Of a stretch of DNA of 32,000 nucleotides, positions 15,681 through 23,157 are shown in pieces (the stretch's first letter is position 1; every line of letters starts with the position of its first letter). A program made the position numbers and the translations under genes. The stretch comes from Candidatus Lokiarchaeum ossiferum (GTDB lineage: Archaea > Asgardarchaeota > Lokiarchaeia > Sigyniarchaeales > Promethearchaeaceae), in the NCBI GenBank assembly GCA_025839675.1, contig CP104013.1:3990001-4022000 (forward strand), written 5' to 3'. The notes below the pieces were generated by a model. The model was given only the letters and a program-made list of their open reading frames with translations. It had not been told where the DNA came from and did not search any database.

Positions 15681-17147
15681 TTGCCAAATAAAAAAGGAAA
15701 TTTGGGGATGGGAACATCAATTATTGCAATATTAATTGCAATGGGGGCACTACTGGCACAATTTTATCCGGGGTTTGATTTTGTTGATCGCGATGATCCA
15801 GTGGTGGGAATTTTAGATCCCGATTTAGACGAGCAAGTTTTTGGGATGATTACTATTCGGGGGCTAATCTATGAAAACTCAAATTACTCCATCTCTATAC
15901 GGATAAATGGAACGGAGATTGGAACGACTCTTCCATTTTTGTGGAATTCCTCGACAATTTCTGATGGTAATTATACTTTATCAATACTCGTGATAGATGT
16001 TGCGTTTAATCAAGGCGAAGACTCTATTAATATCTCCATAATTAACGATTTTGAATGGGATTCTGATCATGATGGGCTTGGCGATCGAGAAGAACAGAAG
16101 TTAGGAACTAATCCGTGGCAAATCGATTCCGATACCGATAGTTTTAGTGATGGGTACGAAGTATCATATGGTTCGGATCCCCTTAATAGTTCAGATCGTC
16201 CCTTATTTTATGAAGCTGAATTTAATGAGTTAGTTAAAAATTTAGATGGAAATGTGACATTGATTCACCAATTGATTAGCTGGTCTCACGGAAATAGCAG
16301 TATTTTAGATCAACTAATTCTTTCTGCGGAGAAGAATGCCACATTAGTTCAAAATTTGTTCTACTGGGGGCAAAGGAATGCTTCTCTGATTCAAGATTTG
16401 CTTGTTTGGTCTTCGGGGAATGCATCGCTGATTCAACACTTAATGGATTGGTCTGTTGGAAATGCGACCTTAATATCTAACTTAATTGCGACCTCTTATA
16501 CTGACTTAATTCAAAACTTGTTACTTTGGTTGGAAGGAAATGCCACACTCATACAGAGATTAACTGAATCTTTGGATGGAAATGCCACGCTGCTTGAAAA
16601 TTTAGTATCGTGGAGTAATTCTAATGCGAGTCTTATGTTAAGTTTACTTGATTGGTGCGCGGAAAATGCCACACTCCTGCAAAATGTGATTCTATGGACC
16701 GAGAGTAATGCCACCTTACTTCAAAATCATCTGGCTTCTTCCGAGAATTTGGGAGGAAATATTACCCGCCTATGGTATAAGCAGTACTTTGGAGCTCTGA
16801 TGCCGGATAGTGCAGATACATTAAAAACTGCCTCTGAATTGAATATAACATTCACGATTACGGGAAATGAGACAACTTATTTGAATTTTAATTCGGGAAA
16901 TGTTGCTTTAGGTAATACCTACAATATGAAAGTGTTTTTCATGCTGGATGATGTTTTAATCCCAAATCCGCAAGCTTTTGTTCAATCGTCATCAGGAACC
17001 ATTGCTGATTATACCTCTATTTCTTTACAGCATGTAATCAGCGGGTTAGATGCTGGTATTCACACAATAACGATTCAATTTATGTCAAATAATCAATTTT
17101 GTTATCTATCCAAAAACTCATTGATGTTATTAACTTTTTCGTCTTGA
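15681..17147 (+). CDS. Surface glycoprotein candidate: N-terminal TM/signal, Ig-like domain, Ca-binding thrombospondin-type-3-like motifs, 12 x 14-aa sequon repeats, C-terminal beta-rich domain
   Basis: The N-terminal helix is GTSIIAILIAMGALLAQF. The Ig-like segment is VVGILDP...ITIRG...ISIRINGTEIG...WNSSTISDGNYTLSILVIDVAFN. The Asp-rich motif is DSDHDGLGDREEQKLGTNPWQIDSDTDSFSDGYEVSYGSDPLNSSD. The repeat array is listed as a separate feature. The start is either TTG at 15681 or ATG at 15708. Confidence 0.8.
   Translation: MPNKKGNLGMGTSIIAILIAMGALLAQFYPGFDFVDRDDPVVGILDPDLDEQVFGMITIRGLIYENSNYSISIRINGTEIGTTLPFLWNSSTISDGNYTLSILVIDVAFNQGEDSINISIINDFEWDSDHDGLGDREEQKLGTNPWQIDSDTDSFSDGYEVSYGSDPLNSSDRPLFYEAEFNELVKNLDGNVTLIHQLISWSHGNSSILDQLILSAEKNATLVQNLFYWGQRNASLIQDLLVWSSGNASLIQHLMDWSVGNATLISNLIATSYTDLIQNLLLWLEGNATLIQRLTESLDGNATLLENLVSWSNSNASLMLSLLDWCAENATLLQNVILWTESNATLLQNHLASSENLGGNITRLWYKQYFGALMPDSADTLKTASELNITFTITGNETTYLNFNSGNVALGNTYNMKVFFMLDDVLIPNPQAFVQSSSGTIADYTSISLQHVISGLDAGIHTITIQFMSNNQFCYLSKNSLMLLTFSS
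16248..16796 (+). repeat. In-frame 42-bp (14-aa) tandem repeat array, about 12 units, consensus G-N-A-T-L-I-Q-N-L-L-x-W-x-x
   Basis: Unit boundaries were verified on the DNA at 16248, 16290, 16332, 16374, 16416, 16458 (78-bp unit with a sequon-less half unit), 16536, 16578, 16620, 16662, 16704 (51 bp) and 16755. The sequons in order are NVT, NSS, NAT, NAS, NAS, NAT, NAT, NAT, NAS, NAT, NAT, NIT. Confidence 0.9.
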
Positions 17148-17403
17148 TTAATTTAATTGCTATTGTGTTCCTATAACGCTTTTATTTTTTCTTTTCTTAT
17201 TCGCACAAAAAAATTGTTGCTGTAATGAGAAGGATCTAAAAAATACATGAAGGGAAATTCTACTCGCTCGCTATTTAAAGAGGTTGGTTGAGATAGTCAA
17301 AGCATTTATGGTAAAGGGAAACATACGTTCCATTTGTGAAAAAAAATTCTTTTTGTTATACAATGGAAGTTCCCAAAATGAGCTCACTGAGGTAATTTAC
17401 AGT

Positions 17404-19161
17404 TTAAAATTGTTGGTATTCAAAGTATTTATGATAAAGTGAAGCATATTTTCCTTCCAAAGCTAGTAAATTCTTATGAGTTCCTTGTTCTATGATTTTT
17501 CCATGATCTAATACAACAATCCGATCTGCTTTAATTACCGTCGAAAGTCGATGGGCTATGATAATCGCCGTTCGGTTCTGTAAAACTCGTTCTAAGGCGT
17601 CTTGAATCAAGGCTTCAGTATAAGCATCAACACTCGCTGTGGCTTCATCTAAAATTAAAATGTCTGGATCCATTAATATCGCACGAGCAAAGCTGATGAG
17701 TTGTCGCTGTCCCATAGATAACTCTCCCCCTCGTTCCCCAACATAGGTTTTTAATCCTTCAGGCAAATAGTCAATAAATTCTTCCGCATGGGCAATTCGT
17801 ATCGCATTCTGAACTTCCTCTTTGGTTGCAGAAAGATTTCCATATCGAATATTCTCTTCAATAGAACCTGGAAAGAGGAAAATATTTTGTTCCACTTTTG
17901 CGATTCGTTTTCGAATGGAACTTATGTCGATATCTCGAAGATTTCTTCGATCGATTGTTATCGTACCTTCTTGATATTCATAAAATCGTGATAAAAGTGC
18001 TCCAATTGTTGTTTTACCTGCACCTGTATGACCCACAATTGCGATTTTCTCTCCATTTTTGATATTTAAATTCAAATTTTCGATAACTGGTTGATCTGGG
18101 ATATAAGAAAAATTAACGTTATCAAATTGAATATCTCCACGTAAATTTGCAACTTTTTTCGATTTTAAATTTTGCTGGACTTTAGGCTTTCGTTCCAAAA
18201 TTCGAACAATTCGTTGGAAGGCGGCCATCCCGGTACTCAATTCGGGGAAAAATCGAGCAATTATCATAATGGGACGGAAGAAGGTTTGTAAATATAAAAC
18301 AAATAGGATCATCGTTCCAGGAGATACTTCTTGATCAATCACTTTTAGCGCTCCGAAATATAAGACGATACATAAAATAACGGAAGATAAGGTATTAAGA
18401 AGAGGGCGCCAGAAATGGGTGACCGAGGTAAGGCGAAACCAAGAATTGAAATACTCATGGTTAACTACATCAAACTGTTGGGAAACTTGCATTTCCTGAC
18501 CATAATTTTTGGAAATATGAATTCCTTCAATTGATTCAACCATCGCAGCATTAACATTACCAATCGATCTCCGGAACGTGATACTCACTTTTTTCGCCAA
18601 TTTGCGAAGAGCAAAGGTTAAAAGAAATAGGACGGGAATTGCAAGTAGGACAATTAGCGCTAAAGTGCTATTAAACCATAATAAAATGAGAAATGTGATG
18701 ATGCTGATGAAAAGATTGCCAATGGTATCCGAAATGAGTATGGCAATATTACTGAAATCCACGGTATCATTTACCACAATGCTATTGATTTTTCCACTCA
18801 AATTCTCATCAAAGAATGTCATATCCTGGGATTGAACTGCATCAAACACATCTAATCGTAGATTTTCCAAAAAATGTGGCACGAAATGTCCTAGTTGTCG
18901 TCTATGGGAAGAAAAACTCCACCAATTAATAAGAGAGCATCCAAGATAAGTCACTCCGCTAAGGATGATTAAAAAAGTATTCTGATTTTCTAATAATATG
19001 TGATCGGAGACATATCGCACTAAAATTGGATTGATCAATTCGGTGAGCATTCGCAAAAATATAAAAAGGGCAATTAGACCCAATTGTTTTTTAAAGGGGT
19101 TCAAAAAATGTAGAAATTTGTTGAAAAGCTCCCGATCCGAATAATCTTGTTCTTTTCTCAA
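17404..19161 (-). CDS. ABC exporter, fused permease/ATPase half-transporter (type I exporter, MdlB/TM288-like; consensus Walker B, deviant signature)
   Basis: A six-TM exporter domain is followed by an NBD with Walker A GHTGAGKTT, signature LSMGQRQ (Gly to Met deviation, nt about 17704-17721), Walker B ILILDEATASVD and H-loop IIIAHRL. The TTG start overlaps the upstream stop (TTGA, 19158-19161). Confidence 0.92.
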   Translation of the reverse strand: MRKEQDYSDRELFNKFLHFLNPFKKQLGLIALFIFLRMLTELINPILVRYVSDHILLENQNTFLIILSGVTYLGCSLINWWSFSSHRRQLGHFVPHFLENLRLDVFDAVQSQDMTFFDENLSGKINSIVVNDTVDFSNIAILISDTIGNLFISIITFLILLWFNSTLALIVLLAIPVLFLLTFALRKLAKKVSITFRRSIGNVNAAMVESIEGIHISKNYGQEMQVSQQFDVVNHEYFNSWFRLTSVTHFWRPLLNTLSSVILCIVLYFGALKVIDQEVSPGTMILFVLYLQTFFRPIMIIARFFPELSTGMAAFQRIVRILERKPKVQQNLKSKKVANLRGDIQFDNVNFSYIPDQPVIENLNLNIKNGEKIAIVGHTGAGKTTIGALLSRFYEYQEGTITIDRRNLRDIDISSIRKRIAKVEQNIFLFPGSIEENIRYGNLSATKEEVQNAIRIAHAEEFIDYLPEGLKTYVGERGGELSMGQRQLISFARAILMDPDILILDEATASVDAYTEALIQDALERVLQNRTAIIIAHRLSTVIKADRIVVLDHGKIIEQGTHKNLLALEGKYASLYHKYFEYQQF

Positions 19162-20969
19162 TATTCTTCCTCCTGGATTATTTTTGAATTCCCAAATATT
19201 CGCCCGTAATCCGGGGAAGTATTTAGCAAAGTATCATGGGTTCCTTGCGCTACAATTTTGCCCTGCTTTAACACCAAAATTTTATCGGATATTTGAATTG
19301 TATGTAATCGATGGGTGATGATTATTGTTGTGCGATTATGTAGAATATTATTGATTGCTTGCCCAATTTTGCTCTCCGTTTCACTATCGATGGCAGACAT
19401 GGAATCATCCAAAATCAAAATGTCTGGATTTACTAAGAATGCTCGGGCAATCGCAATTCTTTGTTTTTCTCCTCCCGATAATTTGGTTCCTCGTTCTCCC
19501 ACTAAGGTATCGTACTTATCGGGAAGTTCTTGGACAAAATCGTCCACAAAAGCTAGTTTTGCAACTCGTTGGACTTCTTCATCCGATGCTTCTGGATTCC
19601 CAAATCGTATGTTATTTGCAATTGATTGGGAAAACAGAAAAACATCTTGTTCAATATAGCCTATTTTTTTTCGCAGTAAATTTAGAGGGAATTTCCGGAT
19701 ATCGATATCATCCAAAAGAATTGTTCCCTGTTGAGGATGATAAAATCTCTGCAATAATTTTACGAGAGTTGTTTTTCCCCCTCCTGTAGGTCCTACCAAT
19801 GCAATTTGTTGATTCGGTTCAATGGAAAAATTCACTTTATTTAAAATATAAAACGGATTGGCCTTTGCAGTTTGATATGAAAAGGAAACATCATGAAATT
19901 GAATTTTCCCCGATAATCGAGATTTATTAATCTTGTTAGTTTCTTCAACTGAAGAAATTGATTGTTGTTCTATCTCCTCTTCCGAACTCCCTTGGCTTAA
20001 AGCTCGATAAAGACGTTCGCTTGCTCCAAATCCTCCAATCATGTCTTTAGTGGCCCAAAAAATCATATTTGTAGGTTCTAAGAAAGTTAGAAGAAGTAAA
20101 TTTAAGCCAGTTAATTCACCTAGTGTCATTTTTCCTTGAAGAACAAAAATACACGACAAAAGGAAGGTTGTCCCAATAGCTCCGTATAAGGTCAACATTG
20201 GAAGAAATTTAGCTTGGATTTTATTTTCTCCTAACCAATTTTCTTTGTAGGCTCGAACAACTTTAGCAAATTTTTTCCGCTCGAAAGGTTCTGCAGAGAA
20301 CGCGCGAGTGACTTCTGCCCCTTTTATTGAATCTTGTACGGTTACGGTAATGTCTGCGTGTTTTCTTAAAGCTAACTTGGAAAAAGGGGTTAATTTCTTC
20401 CGATAATCTAAAACAGTAATTGTATAAATGATGAGGAAAGGAATCGTGACAATTAACATTATTGGGGGAAAGGATTGACTTTGAAGAATTATCATAACAA
20501 TACTCAAAATAAATGGGTACACATAGAAACTACCGTGGGCAATCATTGTATTTATAATACGGAGATCGTTGGTAGCCAACGCTTGTAAATCCCCCGTTCG
20601 TAATTCATCATGATAACTCAACGATTTATGTTGCAAGGTCTCAAAAAATTCTTGACGCATATTTTGTTCTGTTTTTGAGCCCAATTTATGACCAATCATC
20701 CAGGTCGTGTATTCTAAAATATTACGGGTCATGTAAATTCCGAGTAGAATCGCAAGTAACACGAAAAAGTTGGTCGATGGGGATGGATCTATAAGATTGT
20801 CAATAATTTCGCCAATCTTAACTGGAATATATGAGCCTACAGAAGTAACTAAGATAATACCTAAAAGATTTAGGAAAAATAACATTTTATTCTGGACAAT
20901 GTGAAAGAACATCCATTTTTTGTAGTTTTGCCGTTGAAAAGTATGATGGGTTAAAGTTGCTTCTGTCAA
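19158..20969 (-). CDS. ABC exporter, fused permease/ATPase half-transporter (MdlA/TM287-like; Walker B lacks the catalytic Glu)
   Basis: A six-TM exporter domain is followed by an NBD with Walker A GPTGGGKTT, canonical signature LSGGEKQR, Walker B ILILDDSMSAID (Asp in place of the catalytic Glu, codons 19404-19409) and H-loop IIITHRL. Confidence 0.92.
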   Translation of the reverse strand: MTEATLTHHTFQRQNYKKWMFFHIVQNKMLFFLNLLGIILVTSVGSYIPVKIGEIIDNLIDPSPSTNFFVLLAILLGIYMTRNILEYTTWMIGHKLGSKTEQNMRQEFFETLQHKSLSYHDELRTGDLQALATNDLRIINTMIAHGSFYVYPFILSIVMIILQSQSFPPIMLIVTIPFLIIYTITVLDYRKKLTPFSKLALRKHADITVTVQDSIKGAEVTRAFSAEPFERKKFAKVVRAYKENWLGENKIQAKFLPMLTLYGAIGTTFLLSCIFVLQGKMTLGELTGLNLLLLTFLEPTNMIFWATKDMIGGFGASERLYRALSQGSSEEEIEQQSISSVEETNKINKSRLSGKIQFHDVSFSYQTAKANPFYILNKVNFSIEPNQQIALVGPTGGGKTTLVKLLQRFYHPQQGTILLDDIDIRKFPLNLLRKKIGYIEQDVFLFSQSIANNIRFGNPEASDEEVQRVAKLAFVDDFVQELPDKYDTLVGERGTKLSGGEKQRIAIARAFLVNPDILILDDSMSAIDSETESKIGQAINNILHNRTTIIITHRLHTIQISDKILVLKQGKIVAQGTHDTLLNTSPDYGRIFGNSKIIQEEEY

Positions 20970-20980
20970 TTTTTAGACCT

Positions 20981-21700
20981 CTATGCTGTTTTTAGTTCCA
21001 CTTGATTCTTTTTATTGGGTAGTATTAAAAATATTCCAAGAAAGGTCAAAAAGATGCTAATGAGAAATGACCATTGCCAAGGAGGATAAGAATAGATCCG
21101 TGGATCTATCTGGGAAATCCACAATTTTGAGGGAAGTAAAGAACGAAGTACATTTCCTATAACGACTACATTTAATGGGATAAATATTAATACAAAACTC
21201 CACGATTTGGGCCATACCGTCTGACGCTCATTTTTTTTTTGATCGATTAACAGTAGTAAGTACATATTTAGGGAAAAATAGAAACCATAGAGTGCTATTG
21301 CAGCAGGAATTGAATGTAACCACGGATATTCTCTGGGAAATAGGCCCACAAATGAGAATCCAATACATGCCGTAATGGATAAAACATTAATAGCTTCTGC
21401 AAATCGAGGTGAAGAATTTTTTAAACCGTCATTGAGATAACGCATGTGGGGCACCAACAATAATCCCATCACAATCATGCCAATATTCCATAAGATGTGT
21501 CCATCTGGATTAGAAGTAATACTTCCCTGTGCACTTATTTTAAAATCAAGTATTGAATATTTTACGGGGAATAACGATTGTGAAATCAACGATATGATTG
21601 TATACCCGACTATAATCACTCCAAAATAGATGCCTTGCTCTTTTTTAGATGTTTTTCCTTTCCATATCTCTTGGATTTTTTCAAACACTTTCAATTTCAA
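20981..21700 (-). CDS. Integral membrane protein (possibly DUF998-like), first gene of the ABC exporter operon
   Basis: This is a 239-aa ORF with about 6 TM segments. The segment ISAQGSITSNPDGHILWNIGMIVMGLLLV resembles the DUF998 'iSxLG...lfN.g.i..G' motif, but this is a weak recollection. The gene lies 11 bp upstream of the exporter gene on the same strand. Confidence 0.6.
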   Translation of the reverse strand: MKLKVFEKIQEIWKGKTSKKEQGIYFGVIIVGYTIISLISQSLFPVKYSILDFKISAQGSITSNPDGHILWNIGMIVMGLLLVPHMRYLNDGLKNSSPRFAEAINVLSITACIGFSFVGLFPREYPWLHSIPAAIALYGFYFSLNMYLLLLIDQKKNERQTVWPKSWSFVLIFIPLNVVVIGNVLRSLLPSKLWISQIDPRIYSYPPWQWSFLISIFLTFLGIFLILPNKKNQVELKTA

Positions 21701-21779
21701 AATAACGCCCCTTCATTAATCAAAAACCTCAGATTCATTAAATTTTTTAGCAATTTACCAATAACCAAAGTGTAGTACT

Positions 21780-22706
21780 ATGGTGATTATTCAAACACAA
21801 ACTTCCCAAAAGCAAGTTCCAGAGTTGTTCTTGAAGGTAGCAATTAGATTTTTTTGCATCTCTGCCTTTGTTTCACTGTGGTTACCATTTCTGCTTGTCT
21901 CTTTTAGTTCAAATATTATCTGGGATTCGGTTTCTGGAATGGGATTTGGGAATTATGCGGATTCATGGGTATTTGCCCCCGTATTATTTAGTAGTGGTTT
22001 GATTGCTTCTGTTTATCTATTTCAAATTTGGTTTCAATCTGGCAAATCCATTATTTGGGATCATGTCAAACCAGGTTGGCTTCTCTTTTGTATATATATA
22101 TTTCAACTTCTTACGAAACGTCAGCAGTTTCTTATTGTGTTCGAAGACCCCATTCGTGTCCAATCCGCTCAATTATATTATGTACCTCATCCTGGAGTTG
22201 GTTTCTTTGTCTTTATTTTTTCTATCATTGCGATCATTGGCTTAATCGGTATTAGGGGTCAACATTATAATGCTCCCATCCAGCTATTTGAAACTCATAT
22301 TGAAAAAATTGGTTTAATTGCCGCTTTTCTTTTCATACTTCCTTTCTTCTTTTCTTATGATGGATCTGAACTAAAAATCCTCTTAGGGATAGGGTATGGA
22401 TTTGTTTGGGATGGAACTACGTTTTCTAATGCCGCGGCGATGGGAGGTTGGATCGTTAATTCTTTTCAAATATTCTTGTTGTTACTAATCGTCGCATTTA
22501 AAGGAAAACGAAAGGTGAAAATGATTTTGGAAGTGATAGTTCTGGCTTTGGGCACTTATTTCTTCACTCAAGTTGGGTTTGCTATCTGGCGATTATATAT
22601 CCCTGGTGGCCATCAATTTCCTATCTATCCTCCTCTGTCGATATTTATGGTGATATTATGGTGGACTTATGCAAATATTGCATGGGATTTTCTCGCTTCA
22701 CTATAA
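21780..22706 (+). CDS. Polytopic integral membrane protein, unknown function
   Basis: This is a 308-aa ORF with about 8 hydrophobic segments and is Trp/Phe-rich. I recognise no motif. It is divergent from the exporter operon. Confidence 0.6.
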   Translation: MVIIQTQTSQKQVPELFLKVAIRFFCISAFVSLWLPFLLVSFSSNIIWDSVSGMGFGNYADSWVFAPVLFSSGLIASVYLFQIWFQSGKSIIWDHVKPGWLLFCIYIFQLLTKRQQFLIVFEDPIRVQSAQLYYVPHPGVGFFVFIFSIIAIIGLIGIRGQHYNAPIQLFETHIEKIGLIAAFLFILPFFFSYDGSELKILLGIGYGFVWDGTTFSNAAAMGGWIVNSFQIFLLLLIVAFKGKRKVKMILEVIVLALGTYFFTQVGFAIWRLYIPGGHQFPIYPPLSIFMVILWWTYANIAWDFLASL

Positions 22707-22794
22707 TTTTTTTGACAAAAACAAGGAAGACCATAGAAATATCACTCACCAAAAATCAATATTGTGTTTCAAAAGAATTTATTTAAAAAATTGA

Positions 22795-23067
22795 TTAATT
22801 TTGTTTTTCCAGTCTCCCAATTTCCGCTAACACTTTCTTTTCTTCCGCTTCACTAAGATCTCCTTCCATCATTTTTCGTTCCAATTGGCTAATTCGTTTT
22901 TCAACTTGAGCTTTAGGAATACCGGAAGGTTTACGTGGGTTTTTTTTCTTCTTAGACTGTTGAAAATTAGGTTGTCGCGACTTTTGTTGAGGATTTACTG
23001 GACCATGGGAAATCCCGAGCTGCGAACGGAATTCTTCTAAGGAAAGTTTCTTCTTTTTCTGAGGCAT
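22795..23067 (-). CDS. Small basic protein (90 aa), Lys-rich N-terminal half plus C-terminal amphipathic helix
   Basis: This is an ATG-started ORF in an otherwise empty gap. The sequence MPQKKKKLSLEEF...QQSKKKKNPRKP... is followed by a heptad-like segment, VEKRISQLERKMMEGDLSEAEEKKVLAEIGRLEKQN. I cannot assign a family. Confidence 0.5.
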   Translation of the reverse strand: MPQKKKKLSLEEFRSQLGISHGPVNPQQKSRQPNFQQSKKKKNPRKPSGIPKAQVEKRISQLERKMMEGDLSEAEEKKVLAEIGRLEKQN

Positions 23068-23121
23068 AGTAAAGTAACACTTTAAAAAAATTGAGTAAGA
23101 GGTTACAATTTATCGCAATTT

Positions 23122-23129
23122 AAAAAAAA
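23122..23129 (-). terminator. Oligo-T (T8) run 28-35 nt downstream of the TPR gene stop
   Basis: A8 on the + strand is T8 on the transcribed strand, just after the stop at 23158. Archaeal RNA polymerase terminates at oligo-T tracts. This is only a motif-level call. Confidence 0.3.
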
Positions 23130-23157
23130 TTGGGTATATTCAGTTTTTTTACTTCAT

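Noticed and set aside
22795-23067. Possible relationship of the small basic protein's N-terminus (KKKKLSLEEF) to the eIF4B/Tif3 N-terminal 'KK..(S/D)L.(D/E)F' motif
   Set aside because: The match is a handful of residues in a low-complexity lysine-rich context. That is far too weak to claim homology without a profile search.
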